Source of the DNA: Candidatus Nanohaloarchaea archaeon
GTDB taxonomy: Archaea; Nanohalarchaeota; Nanosalinia; Nanosalinales; Nanosalinaceae
Direction: 5' to 3'
Length of the DNA: 64,000 nt
Assembly (NCBI GenBank): GCA_042218325.1
Contig: JBDGRE010000005.1
Span: 1 to 64,000 of the forward strand
Under the pieces are notes generated by a model. That model was given only the letters and a program-made list of their open reading frames with translations. It made no database searches and was not told the origin of the DNA. A program made the translations under genes and the position numbers. This document shows positions 28,745 through 38,715 of the stretch, one piece after another (the first letter of the stretch is position 1; each line of letters starts with the position of its first letter).

Positions 28745-29665
28745 TTAAACGAAATTTCTAAATAAATCGAGGAATCTTTCCAGCAGACCAGGAAGCCTCG
28801 AGTAGCCTCGGGTTTCGACTACTCTCAGTTCTCGGCCGTTCTGCTGAATCCGGAGTTTGAAAGGGCTATCAGATGCAAGGGATATCCTGTACCTCTTCGT
28901 AGCGTTCAGCCGGATGCATCCGGAGTTCTCCTCGGGAAGCACTGGTTTTATCCTGACTATCATGCCTTTATCTATCTCCGTATAATCTCTCTTCAGCCGG
29001 TGACAGGGTGAGGGCATCTTGATATAACCCTCGAAGTCCACTGACTTGCCGCCGCGAGAGACGTTTCTTACTCTCTGCCCCCGGCCGACCGTGAACGTTT
29101 CAAGAACCCTGAAATCCTCCCTGTAGCTGTCACCGGTGCGGGAGTCAAAGCTGGAGTGCGTACTTTTTGCGGTGATAATTGCTGTCTTTCGTAGGGAATC
29201 CTGGTCGGTCTTCACGATTTTTACAGGAATCGAGGCCTGGAACTCCTGGCTCTCCATCGCAACTTCACCGTTCACTCTCGCGGGTACAGTGGCTACCAGT
29301 TCCTGGAACCTCGAGCCATCAGCTGTGGCAGGCGTGTATCTTACCTTTATTCCTTCTTGGGAGAGCCCGTATGATAATTCGCCGGCGATATCTTCTTGGA
29401 AACTACTTTCCAGTAATGCCTTGATCCTGTCTATACCAGACTCCCTGACGCGCCAAGATGTGAAATCCTCTACCGTAACGTTCCTGTAGCCAACTATCTG
29501 TTCTCCTTCTGTGGCAGAAGGGAACTGTACGTACCCCGGGAAAAGCCTGTAGGAATCGTCCGTGACATCTACTCTTACGCTGATAGGATTACCTTCCCCG
29601 GGTACGGAGGATGCTGCTGGCAATATCAGCCCAAGTACAACCAACAAAAGGATAAGTCGCAGCAT
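28745..29665 (-). CDS. Secreted/surface protein; paralogue of 23756-24349 in its C-terminal domain
   Basis: True start MLRLILLL (signal peptide) at 29665; SPCH...SGCIRL and tail LLERFLDLFRNFV. Confidence 0.65.
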   Translation of the reverse strand: MLRLILLLVVLGLILPAASSVPGEGNPISVRVDVTDDSYRLFPGYVQFPSATEGEQIVGYRNVTVEDFTSWRVRESGIDRIKALLESSFQEDIAGELSYGLSQEGIKVRYTPATADGSRFQELVATVPARVNGEVAMESQEFQASIPVKIVKTDQDSLRKTAIITAKSTHSSFDSRTGDSYREDFRVLETFTVGRGQRVRNVSRGGKSVDFEGYIKMPSPCHRLKRDYTEIDKGMIVRIKPVLPEENSGCIRLNATKRYRISLASDSPFKLRIQQNGRELRVVETRGYSRLPGLLERFLDLFRNFV

Positions 29666-29752
29666 ACATACAAGATTTCTCTGCTCTATTTTTAAACCAC
29701 CCTCAAGCGATTCAGCGCAGCGTTCAATAAGCTTGGGTTCGAAAAATAGTTC

Positions 29753-30250
29753 ATGAGACTTGTAATACCTCCGGAAGACCCGGACCTCGACGGCGTCGCG
29801 ACAGCGTTCGCCTACGCCGAGTACCTCAAGAAAAACGACCACAAGGCAGTAGCAGCAGTATTCGGCTCCCCAGACGAGGAGACGGAGGAGCTCTTCGACG
29901 AGATAGGAGAGGAAGTATCCGACGCATCCTACTACCTGTACTCGGCGGACGAGATAACTCTTGTCAGTGCCAGTAGCATGGAGAATGTTTCGCAGAGGAT
30001 ACATCAGGAGAAGGTGACCGAGCTGATAGACCACGCCGCGGACGCTCTCTCCGACTTCACAGAGGCGGAGCAGGAGATTGACGAGAACTTCTCCACCGCA
30101 GCAGGCATCGTCGCCGAGAAATACCGGGACACGGACACCGAGATAAGCAGGGAGGCGGCCACCGTGCTCCACCACGCGATAACCTCGGCCGGGGAAGTAA
30201 CGCAGCGCGACCAGGAGATAGCGGACTGGCTCCAGGATCAGTTGGAGTAA
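29753..30250 (+). CDS. DHH-family N-domain (family II PPase-like), truncated and degenerate
   Basis: PDLDGVATAFAYA, IDHA, STAAGIVAE; no DHHA2 domain. Confidence 0.65.
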   Translation: MRLVIPPEDPDLDGVATAFAYAEYLKKNDHKAVAAVFGSPDEETEELFDEIGEEVSDASYYLYSADEITLVSASSMENVSQRIHQEKVTELIDHAADALSDFTEAEQEIDENFSTAAGIVAEKYRDTDTEISREAATVLHHAITSAGEVTQRDQEIADWLQDQLE

Positions 30251-30283
30251 GATTTTTTAAGTCCGCAAAGACCAACCGAGGAT

Positions 30284-30418
30284 TTGGAGTTCGAACTGGG
30301 CAACCTTGGTTTCCTCGGAATACTTGGCGTTCTCGGCGCCTTGACGGCCCAGCCGGAGCTTTACAGTCTATTTGCGCTTTTCGCACTTTTCGGCATCGAT
30401 AAAACGGTAGAGCTTTGA
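30284..30418 (+). CDS. Small membrane protein (44 aa)
   Basis: TTG start; MEFELGNLGFLGILGVLGALTAQPELYSLFALFALFGIDKTVEL; not in the ORF track. Confidence 0.5.
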   Translation: MEFELGNLGFLGILGVLGALTAQPELYSLFALFALFGIDKTVEL

Positions 30419-30478
30419 GACGGCGTCCACCTTATAACGCTTCGCACCGGTAAGTCTTCCATAGGAGGTGTATAGATT

Positions 30479-30673
30479 TTGAAAGGAACAGTGAAGTTCT
30501 TCCACGACCGCAAGAACTACGGTTTCATCGAGACCGACGAGATGGACGACGATGTATTCTTCCACCAGGAAGAAGTGGCCGACGACCTGCACGTTGAAGA
30601 AGGAACCGAAGTCGAGTTCGAACAGGAAGAAGGCGACCGCGGCCCAAAAGCCGTCAACGTAACAGAGGCTTAA
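30479..30673 (+). CDS. csp: Cold-shock protein
   Basis: GTVKFF, KNYGFI, DVFFH, GPKAVNV; GGAGGTG SD with TTG start. Confidence 0.92.
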   Translation: MKGTVKFFHDRKNYGFIETDEMDDDVFFHQEEVADDLHVEEGTEVEFEQEEGDRGPKAVNVTEA

Positions 30674-30741
30674 ATCCGCCCCTGTCACACCACATTTCAA
30701 CCCACTATTTTCCAGCTACATAACCAGTTTTTCGATACCTA

Positions 30742-31431
30742 TCAACGATGCGGATCGTAACGCTCCGCAGCACCCTGCACAACTGCACCGTACTCTTTCT
30801 CGCCGAAGTACATGGCCAGAGGTACGCCGGACTGTGAGCTGTGACCGTAGTCGAGCAGCCGGGACAGGTCCTGTATGATCGCTGCACGTGAACTGACCGG
30901 TGAGTCCGTTCTCAACATCACGGGTAGAAAATCGTCCACGGGCTGCGAGGTCTCGCGGTCCATCGACAGACCGAAGTGATCGTAGCAGGATATCTTGAAC
31001 CCGAAAGGAGTAGGATCGCCGTCCTTGCTGTTATGGCTGAAATCGGTCCACTCCAGGTCGAAGACCGGGTCGCGGTGATTCTGGTAGAACTGGAACGTGT
31101 GGATATCTTCGTCCATGCCTTCTCTTATCGACCAGGGTTCGAAGCTCTCGGAGTCCCCGACCCATATCTCGTCCTCTACCTGTGGAGGGTACTGCCTGTC
31201 TATGACATCGAAAACCGGCCTGTAATCGACGTTCGTCCGGTGCCAGACCTCTGCCCCTCCCCTGCCGAGGAACACCTCGACACCAACAGGGTCGTTCAGT
31301 CCGTCGGAAGGCGCCTCGAGCCGGACGTACTCGTATGGCTCGCTTTCCGGGTCGCCGGGAACTCTCTCGTACTCTGCCACTGTTTCAAAGAACTCGTCTA
31401 CGTCCTCCGACAGGTGCCAGTCACCCTCCAT
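30742..31431 (-). CDS. Hypothetical protein
   Basis: Acidic ORF; ATG MEGDW at 31431. Confidence 0.6.
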   Translation of the reverse strand: MEGDWHLSEDVDEFFETVAEYERVPGDPESEPYEYVRLEAPSDGLNDPVGVEVFLGRGGAEVWHRTNVDYRPVFDVIDRQYPPQVEDEIWVGDSESFEPWSIREGMDEDIHTFQFYQNHRDPVFDLEWTDFSHNSKDGDPTPFGFKISCYDHFGLSMDRETSQPVDDFLPVMLRTDSPVSSRAAIIQDLSRLLDYGHSSQSGVPLAMYFGEKEYGAVVQGAAERYDPHR

Positions 31432-31519
31432 CGTTTCAATACGGGCCGGAGAAAAGTTAAATATAACCGTTGAGTGGCACGCCGATATACTGACGTACGA
31501 GGATTTCTGGGAGATAGAG

Positions 31520-31780
31520 ATGCAGTACATATTCGACGACCCGGACCAGGAGCTGTACGACTCGGTGGTCGGCAGGGAATCCGTCTACCGCTGCGATTAC
31601 ACGGGCGACGAGATATGTCCGCTGGTCGACGCACTCGCCGGTGAAACACGTGTCATAGCCCACATACCCGTCAGCCAGGAGCTTGACGACGATATAGCGG
31701 AGTTCCCGGCCCAGTACCTTGACGAGCTGCGGGACAGCTTCTACCAGCAGGTCGTCTCCCCGGCAACAGGTTCCACCTGA
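31520..31780 (+). CDS. Hypothetical protein
   Basis: 86-aa acidic ORF. Confidence 0.55.
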   Translation: MQYIFDDPDQELYDSVVGRESVYRCDYTGDEICPLVDALAGETRVIAHIPVSQELDDDIAEFPAQYLDELRDSFYQQVVSPATGST

Positions 31781-31832
31781 AAGCCTGCCGGAGGGAAAAG
31801 AGGTTTAACTTCGTTCTATCACAGGAAAAAAT

Positions 31833-32138
31833 ATGCATATCAACGCCGTTATCAGCGCGACCTCACGGGAAGAAGCAGACGAGATAGCGGACATGCTGCT
31901 CGAAGATAACCTGGTAGCAGGCACCATGATATTCTCCGGCGACTCCCGGTACCACTAGGACGACGAGATACAGGAGAACAGGTACTGGCGCGTACAGGGC
32001 CACACGCTCGAGAAGCACAAAAAGGAGATAACTGAACGCGTCGAGCAGATGCACGAGGACGAAGTCCCGGTCATCGAGTACACGGAGATCGACGGCAACC
32101 GGAAATTCCTCGACTGGATAGAGAAGAACACAGGGTAA
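31833..32138 (+). pseudogene. cutA: CutA divalent-cation tolerance protein with an amber stop at the conserved Trp
   Basis: MHINAVISATSREEADEIADMLLEDNLVAG...SRYH*DDEIQE...MHEDEVPVI...GNRKFLDWI; TAG at 31956-31958. Confidence 0.8.
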
Positions 32139-32142
32139 GAGT

Positions 32143-33183
32143 ATGGTAGACTGGAAAGAGTTCGAAAGACTGGAATCGCTCGCTATACTGGCACTGGCAT
32201 TTTTCTCCTACTTCCGATTACTGGACGGGAATAGCCCGCTTTTTCTCATCCTCGCACTCGCACCCGCACCCCACCTGTCGATGGCGGGCTACCTATTCCT
32301 CGACAGTGAAAAGGCCACGGCCTTGTACAACGCGTTCCACAACTATACCCTGCCCGCGGCGGTCATGGGCTACTACCTCCTTACCGGTGTCCCGCTGGTT
32401 GGGCAGGTAGCGCTTATCTGGACGGCCCACATAGCGGCGGACCGAACTCTCGGCTACGGTCTCAAGACAGACTATTTCAACCAGATTGAGGATTCTGACT
32501 TTAACGGTGCATTAGTTGAAGCTTCTGACGAAATAAATCAGGTTGGTCTGTGTACAAATACGACTTTTGAGAATATTGAATCAGCTTCAGAACTGGATTA
32601 TGATTTAGTTATTTCACATCATGGAGGTTGGAAGAGATTCGATATGGATTTGTTTGAGGATAAAAAACGGGAAATAAGAGACAATAACCTAACTTGGTAT
32701 ATTGCCCATCAGACGCTTGACTGTGCAGATGAATATGGCGTATGTGTGGCTCTTGCCGACAAACTTGGAATAGAGGTCGATCGCAAATATTGTGAACTCC
32801 AAGGCGGCCCGCATGGAAGGTATGGACATTTGGAAGTGTCAAAAGAAGATTTCCTGGAGAGACTAAATGAAATAGAACCAAGTTAGGATGTAGTAGGAGA
32901 AATAGGAGATATAGAGAACCAGAAAATAGGCATAGTAGGTGGAAGTGGAGGAACATTAGGAGATATAGTTAAAGAAACTACAGAAATTGGCTGCGATGTA
33001 TTTATAACAGGCAATTCTTCCTTTGCCTACGATATCTATGGATATGAGAAAGGGCTTACCATGATAATGCTCGAGGAAACATCAAGTGAAAAATGGGGCG
33101 TTTATGCGTTAGGAGAAAGATTGAAAGAAGAATTTCCAGGAATTGAGGTCAAGAGAATTCAGGAAAGAAACTGGTATATATGA
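32143..33183 (+). pseudogene. Chimera of a DUF4260 membrane protein and a 5'-truncated NIF3-family protein, with an internal TAG
   Basis: IWTAHIAADRTLGYGLK (DUF4260), then DFNGALVE, LVISHHG, HQTLD (NIF3); the frame continues past TAG 32884-86 as KIGIVGGSGG...CDVFITG...TSSEKWG. Confidence 0.75.
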
Positions 33184-33926
33184 ATTTTTTTCTGATACTT
33201 ATTAGTGTTTTTGGAGATTTAATGGCTGGCTTTGGGGCTCCAGGAGGTGTTTTGCTCGTAAGTTTCTTATTTTCAGTTACTTCTCTTTCAACAGCGGAGA
33301 TTGCCGGTACTTCTTCTATCTTATTTGTATTCGCCTCGTTGTTTGTTAGCTCTATGTATTACTATTCCGGTGATGTTGAGTGGAGACTTATTATACCTCT
33401 AATTCCGGCAACTTTGGCGGGAACTTCGATTGGAGCCCAAATTAATTCTTTAATACCGAGAGAGATTTTTGGCTTCAGTTTAGCTATATTGGTAGTTATT
33501 TTGGGTTTAAGTATAGCTTACAGAGAAGTTAAAAGTCTTGAACCTTATTATCATTTGGAATATCGGAATAAACAGGGCATAGTGATACTTTCATTTTTAG
33601 GGCTTTTAGTAGGTGTTATAGGAGGTATTTTTGGTATAGGAGGCCCTGCGATAACTATACCGACTCTAATATTTTTAGGTATTCCGAATCTGAAGGCTAT
33701 AGGAGCTGGAATGGTGCAGGGATTTTTCGTAACTTCATCAACGGCGACAAATTATGCTTTATCGGGCGATATTTCAATAGATATTTTAGTAATGATTGGA
33801 CCTCCTTTCATAATTTCTCAGTTGGGAGGATGGTATTTTGCACAGAATATCGAACCAGAAAAATTGAAAGCCATATTAGGTATTATGCTGGCATTTTTAG
33901 GCCCATACATTATAACCGCTATCTAA
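33180..33926 (+). CDS. Sulfite exporter TauE/SafE family membrane protein
   Basis: Duplicated GxxxGxxGxGG motifs, about 8 TM helices. Confidence 0.8.
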   Translation: MNFFLILISVFGDLMAGFGAPGGVLLVSFLFSVTSLSTAEIAGTSSILFVFASLFVSSMYYYSGDVEWRLIIPLIPATLAGTSIGAQINSLIPREIFGFSLAILVVILGLSIAYREVKSLEPYYHLEYRNKQGIVILSFLGLLVGVIGGIFGIGGPAITIPTLIFLGIPNLKAIGAGMVQGFFVTSSTATNYALSGDISIDILVMIGPPFIISQLGGWYFAQNIEPEKLKAILGIMLAFLGPYIITAI

Positions 33927-34092
33927 TCATAAGCCAACTCAATCAAAAACTTTCGTCCGGGTCCTGCCAATTCCATATCTCCAAATTTGATAGAGATGCC
34001 GAAACTGCCGAAGTTTTTATCGAATGTTTATTTGAGATTTAGATTCGTTAGTCCGGATTTGAATCAGCCAGAAGTGCAAGGACGAGAAAAGT

Positions 34093-34851
34093 TTAGTTTA
34101 CAGAAATCTTTCTGCCTTTTATCTCTAGAAAGTTCTGAAGTTTTTTTAATTGTTTGTCCGTGATATAGAGTATCTGAGGCGGGTTAAAATCTAGCACATA
34201 GAACTTCTTATTACTTCTCTCCAGTTGATTAAATTTAGAAGCAAGATCGTGTGCAAACTCTTTCCATTTATCGGATTCAATCTCTACTTCATCCTTTCCA
34301 ATAGTTATTCTTACTTTTATGCCTTTATTCGCTTCGAAAACTTCAATTTCTGATTGATTGAGGTCAAATGATTGAGACATTTTCACAAGACTAAGTATTT
34401 CGTCCTCTACTTTGGCTTCGCGAGGAAGATTATGTGAGAAAGTAGAGTTATATCCCAGCTCAAAATGGGTTAAGCTTTTTCCCTGCTTCAGGCAGTCAAA
34501 GAGAATCTGTCCTGCCCTCTGAGAACTTATCTCAACAAATCCCTTTTTACTTCTTTCAAAGGTATCAATTACAATCTTATAAGGGTTCTTAGCTTCTTTC
34601 CGATAAAAGAAGCGTAAGAATTTTGCTATCCCTACTTTAAGCTCAATTTCGGATATTTTTTCCAAATTATTGTCTTCTCCAAGGTAATAATTATTCAAAG
34701 CCTTTCCGAGCATTCTTCCAAAATTACCTCTTGCAGGATATATTCGAGTTAAAACTGCTAAGTATACTCTCTTCCTAAACTGAAAAAAATCTTTTAAGAA
34801 TTTCATTACATGGTTGAGTTCTAAATTAGAAGATAAAAATTTTCCTTTCAT
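34093..34851 (-). CDS. Lys-rich hypothetical protein
   Basis: Long AT-rich ORF, basic composition unlike host proteins; start uncertain. Confidence 0.55.
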   Translation of the reverse strand: MKGKFLSSNLELNHVMKFLKDFFQFRKRVYLAVLTRIYPARGNFGRMLGKALNNYYLGEDNNLEKISEIELKVGIAKFLRFFYRKEAKNPYKIVIDTFERSKKGFVEISSQRAGQILFDCLKQGKSLTHFELGYNSTFSHNLPREAKVEDEILSLVKMSQSFDLNQSEIEVFEANKGIKVRITIGKDEVEIESDKWKEFAHDLASKFNQLERSNKKFYVLDFNPPQILYITDKQLKKLQNFLEIKGRKISVN

Positions 34852-34963
34852 TAGCTCAAATCCCGAGATTTCCAATTATGTTTGTGTTGGACTCGGTTCA
34901 AATCCGGGTCCTTCTTGAATAGAAAGAAAAGAAGAGAGAAATGGTGTTAGAGGCTCTAAACCT

Positions 34964-37909
34964 CTAACATTTGGAATAACCGCAGTCGGGGCACTTCTTG
35001 CAGCCTTCCTGGAGGACGAGCATGCCGCCGCAGTCGGGGCATTCGGGGTTGGCGCCGTCCTGAATGATGTCGGCGGCGTCAGCGCTTTTCTCGGCGGGTG
35101 TCTTGCCAGCGTTCTCGGTCTCGGTGCTCCCGTCCTCGTAGTCCTGGACGGTCTGCTGGGCCGTGTTGCCGCCGGAGAGGTGGCGTTTCATCGCCTCCGC
35201 TATCGCGTCCGGAACAGAGTGGATTTGTGTTCCCTGGTCCCAGGCTATCTGCGGTGAGCGGATGTCGTCGAGCTGGTTGACGACCTCCTCCGCCGTGGCG
35301 CCCGAGCGTAGTGCGAGCGAGATGGAGCGGCCGAGGGCCTGTGTGAACGACTCGGTGTAGCCGCCGCTCTTGCCGAGGTTGGCGAATACCTCGAAGACGC
35401 CCTGGTCGTCCTCGTTGACCGTGACGAACAGGTCGCCGTACGCGGTCTCTATCTCCTGCGTGGTGCCGGAGATCATCTTCGGTCGTTCACGCGCTGCGCC
35501 GTTCTCGTCCATCTTGGAGTGGTCGACCGTGCCGGAGGGCTCCGCGTCCGCCGTTTCAGGGCTCGAGGCCTCGACTCCTTCCTGCGAGATCTCCTGGTCG
35601 AGGTCTTCTTCCTGGACTGCGAGGTCGGTCTGTTCCGCGACCTCCTGGAACTCGTTGGACTTGAGCAGCTCTTCCGCACCTCCAAACTCGTCGACGAGGG
35701 CCGACAGCATGTCGACCTTGTCCATGTCCGTCTGGACGTTGTCGGCGTTCTGCTTCATGACCTCCGTCTCCCGCGTGCCGTCGCGGTAGACTGTCATGCC
35801 CTTGATGCCCTTGTCGTACGCCCGCATGTACGCCTCGCGGACGTCCTCCTTGGAAGCGTCGTTCGGGAAGTTGCAGGTCTTGGAGATGCCGGAGTGGTTG
35901 TGCTTCTGGAACGCGGCCTGGATGTCGACGTGCTCTTCAGGCTTGACCCTGTCCGCGGTCATGAACAGTTCCTTGACCGCGGGTGGGAGCACTTCGTCTT
36001 CGAGGGAGTCGACGCCGTCCCACTCGTTGTTGCGCATCTTCTCCTCGACCTCTTCACGCACCTTTTCTACGTCGATGTCGTTGGCCTCGAGGGCCTTGAT
36101 GAAGTAGTCGTCGAACTCGACGAGCATGTCCTCGCCCTGGATGTCCTTCGCGACGTTCTTGAAGTAGGCGACCTGGAAGATCGGCTCGCAGCCTCCAGAG
36201 GTGTTGCCTATCATCGATGTGGTTCCAGTCGGCGCGATGGTGACCGTGTTGTGGTTGCGGAGCTTGAGGCCGTCCTCGAACTCCTCAGGGTCGTAGCCCC
36301 CGCTCATCTTGTTGAACCACTCAGGGTACTCCGTGGGTTCAGCCCACTTCGACTTCTCCCATTCGTCGAACTCGCCGCGTACGTCCGCGAGCCGGTGGCT
36401 TTCCTCGACCGAGAACTTGGTGATGAGTCGCTGTATCTCCTTTGCGGCTGCGACTGACTCGTCCGAGCCGTATCGGATGCCGAGCTGAATCAGCATCTGC
36501 GCGAAGCCCATGAGCCCGAGGCCTATCTTCCGCATCTCGCTGACCTTTTCCTCTATCTGCTCCAGCGGGAAGTCGGACATGGTGACGACGTTGTCGAGGA
36601 AACGGGTGCCTATCTTGGCGATGCGCTCCAGCTCCTCGGTGTCGAGAGCTTCCTGGATGTACTCCTGCATCGCGATGTCCAGCTCCTCCTCGTTCTCGTA
36701 GCTGATCTCGTGCTCCTCGCACCACTCGTGGAAGTTCAGGCCGAGGCCGTCGCCCTGGTCCTCCACCAGCAGCGACAGGTTGATGTGGCCGAGGTTGCAG
36801 GCCTCGTAGTTCTCGAGCGGCTGCTCGGCGCACGGGTTGGTGGCCTCCATCTTGTGCTCCGGGTGCTCCTCGACGTCGAACGAGTGCTGGTCGTTCGCCT
36901 CGTCGTAGACGTAGAAGCCTGGTTCTCCGTTCCTCCAGGCCCCGTCGACGAGTGTCTCCCAGATGAAACGGGCTGGAAGCGTCATGGTCTCTCCCGGTTC
37001 GAGGTCGATGTCGAACTCGTCCACCTCGTCGCCGAAGGTGTGGGCGAAGTCACGCCAGAAGTTGTCGTCCTTGCCCTGGTCGCTGCCCGCGGCCTCCGGG
37101 TACCAGTCCTCGTCGCGGTTGTAGAACTCCGCGGTCTTCCGGGTAACGGTGTGAGGTTCGTCGTTGCGCGGGTTGATGAGGGTGTAATCCTCGTCGTTCT
37201 TGACCGCCTTCATGAAGTCGTGGGTCAGTCCGACCGAGATGTTGAAGTTGCTCAGGTTTCCTTCCTTCCTCTTCGATACTATGAAGCGGAGGATGTCCGG
37301 GTGGTCGACGCGCATGATTCCCATCTGCGCTCCCCTGCGTTTTCCGCCCTGCTTTATCGTCCCGCACATGGTGTCGAACACCTGCTGGAACGTTAATGGG
37401 CCCGAGGCGATTCCGCCGGTGCTTGATACCGGGTCGCCCTTCGGCCGCATCAGGTGGAATGGGTAGCCGACGCCGCCTCCTGTCTGGAATATCTTCGCCG
37501 CGTCATGGACCTTGGAGAAAATCGAGTCCATGTCGTCCTCGGGATGGACAACAAAGCAGGCGCTCAGCTGCTGTAATTCCGCTCCTGCGTTCATCAGCGT
37601 GGGAGAGTTCGGCATGAACTTGAGGTTGGTCATAAGGTCGTAGAACTGCTTCCATGACTCCTCGAAGCTGTAGTCGTCGTACTTCTTGTCCGGCTGCGCG
37701 ACGTTCTTCGCGACGCGCTCGAACATCTCCTCCGGTGTCTCCGTTACGTTGCCCTCCTCATCCTTGAGGAGGTACCGCGCCGGCAGTATCCTTTCGTACG
37801 CGTTCTCCGTCAGTCTTTCCTCTACCGTGTCTCCGGTCACCCGCTTGACAGGTAGCTGGTAGTCAGATTTTTCGTTTATCTCGCCTGTTTCGGTAACAGT
37901 GTCAGTCAT
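34964..37909 (-). CDS. nrdJ: Adenosylcobalamin-dependent (class II) ribonucleotide reductase
   Basis: [51 protein letters not shown]-like domain and C-terminal zinc ribbon. Confidence 0.95.
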   Translation of the reverse strand: MTDTVTETGEINEKSDYQLPVKRVTGDTVEERLTENAYERILPARYLLKDEEGNVTETPEEMFERVAKNVAQPDKKYDDYSFEESWKQFYDLMTNLKFMPNSPTLMNAGAELQQLSACFVVHPEDDMDSIFSKVHDAAKIFQTGGGVGYPFHLMRPKGDPVSSTGGIASGPLTFQQVFDTMCGTIKQGGKRRGAQMGIMRVDHPDILRFIVSKRKEGNLSNFNISVGLTHDFMKAVKNDEDYTLINPRNDEPHTVTRKTAEFYNRDEDWYPEAAGSDQGKDDNFWRDFAHTFGDEVDEFDIDLEPGETMTLPARFIWETLVDGAWRNGEPGFYVYDEANDQHSFDVEEHPEHKMEATNPCAEQPLENYEACNLGHINLSLLVEDQGDGLGLNFHEWCEEHEISYENEEELDIAMQEYIQEALDTEELERIAKIGTRFLDNVVTMSDFPLEQIEEKVSEMRKIGLGLMGFAQMLIQLGIRYGSDESVAAAKEIQRLITKFSVEESHRLADVRGEFDEWEKSKWAEPTEYPEWFNKMSGGYDPEEFEDGLKLRNHNTVTIAPTGTTSMIGNTSGGCEPIFQVAYFKNVAKDIQGEDMLVEFDDYFIKALEANDIDVEKVREEVEEKMRNNEWDGVDSLEDEVLPPAVKELFMTADRVKPEEHVDIQAAFQKHNHSGISKTCNFPNDASKEDVREAYMRAYDKGIKGMTVYRDGTRETEVMKQNADNVQTDMDKVDMLSALVDEFGGAEELLKSNEFQEVAEQTDLAVQEEDLDQEISQEGVEASSPETADAEPSGTVDHSKMDENGAARERPKMISGTTQEIETAYGDLFVTVNEDDQGVFEVFANLGKSGGYTESFTQALGRSISLALRSGATAEEVVNQLDDIRSPQIAWDQGTQIHSVPDAIAEAMKRHLSGGNTAQQTVQDYEDGSTETENAGKTPAEKSADAADIIQDGANPECPDCGGMLVLQEGCKKCPDCGYSKC

Positions 37910-37992
37910 TGTTGTTGGATCCCCCTTTGATGAGCATGAGTGAAGTGAAAGCTGTGTGAAGTGAACCTGTGAGTATGAGCTGTAAGCATCAT
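37906..37992 (-). CDS. Putative His-rich leader peptide (28 aa) overlapping the nrdJ start
   Basis: [28 protein letters not shown]; TGA overlaps nrdJ ATG (ATGA); GGAGG about 10 nt upstream. Confidence 0.45.
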   Translation of the reverse strand: MMLTAHTHRFTSHSFHFTHAHQRGIQQQ

Positions 37993-38047
37993 TTCTTTTC
38001 GGCCTCCGAAGACCTCGGTCTTCTTTGTGTCCGAAAATCTACGATTT

Positions 38048-38488
38048 TCATCCATCCTGTAGGGCCTCGACTTCTTCCTGGAACGATTCCGCGTTTTCGA
38101 AGCTGTCGTACACCGATGCGAACCTGATGTAGGCGACCTCGTCCCGCTTCTTCAGCGCCTCCTTGACGAACTCTCCTATCTTTTCCGCCGGGATTTCCTT
38201 GCGGTCGACCACGTTCTGCCGGACCTCTTCGACCGCCTCGTCGATACCCTGTTCATCGAGCTGGGTGTTCTCCGCGGCCTTCTCGATGCCGGACCGTATC
38301 TTCTCCTCGCGGAAGTCCTCCCGGGCACCGTTTTGCTTCACGACCTTGACGTCGTACTTCTCCACGGTCTCGTAGGTCGTGAAACGCCGGTCGCATGAGG
38401 CGCACTCCCTGCGTCTCCTTACGCGTTCCTTCGATTCCCTGGTGTCGACCACGTTGGTCGAGCATGCTTCGCAGTACGGGCATTTCAT
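38048..38488 (-). CDS. nrdR: Transcriptional repressor NrdR
   Basis: MKCPYC, RRRREC..C..RFTTYE, ATP-cone, DEVAYIRFASVY. Confidence 0.95.
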   Translation of the reverse strand: MKCPYCEACSTNVVDTRESKERVRRRRECASCDRRFTTYETVEKYDVKVVKQNGAREDFREEKIRSGIEKAAENTQLDEQGIDEAVEEVRQNVVDRKEIPAEKIGEFVKEALKKRDEVAYIRFASVYDSFENAESFQEEVEALQDG

Positions 38489-38534
38489 CGCTTGGATACA
38501 CCTGTATCTGTCTTTAACTCTTTGGTGCAGTGCA

Positions 38535-38583
38535 CCACTACATATAGGGGAGAATCTTTCCCCTACCCCCGTATATGTCGTGC
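38535..38583. promoter_or_regulatory. Tandem NrdR boxes
   Basis: CCACTACATATAGGGG (38535-50) and CCCGTATATGTCGTGC (38568-83) resemble acaCwAtATaTwGtgt and start 33 bp apart. Confidence 0.65.
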
Positions 38584-38715
38584 TTTCGCATTCTTCAATT
38601 GATGCCCTCCGCTTATTAACCCTTCCATGTTGAGCGAGATTGAACTTTTTGAATAACCGTCAAAATGCTCCAGGATTCCGGGCTGTTTTAATTTTTCTCC
38701 CCCCTCCGGTTTTTC

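Larger units (their letters stand above)
32485..34960. mobile_element. Low-GC horizontally acquired island (no integrase seen)
   Basis: Abrupt switch to AT-rich sequence and codons; tRNA-end-like fragments at 33956, 34052 and 34889; boundaries approximate. Confidence 0.65.

Noticed and set aside
28745-30175. 476-aa ORF in the track
   Set aside because: The N-terminal 170 aa are the antisense shadow of the DHH gene; the real start is the signal peptide at 29665.
31956-32886. Amber reassignment or pyrrolysine read-through as the explanation for in-frame TAGs
   Set aside because: Core genes end normally at TAG (nrdJ, nfo, mbf1, PINA), all three stop types occur as lesions, and the TAG sites are not all the same kind of position.
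34964-37909. Intein in NrdJ
   Set aside because: No C...HN splice motifs or LAGLIDADG blocks; the insertions are short acidic loops.
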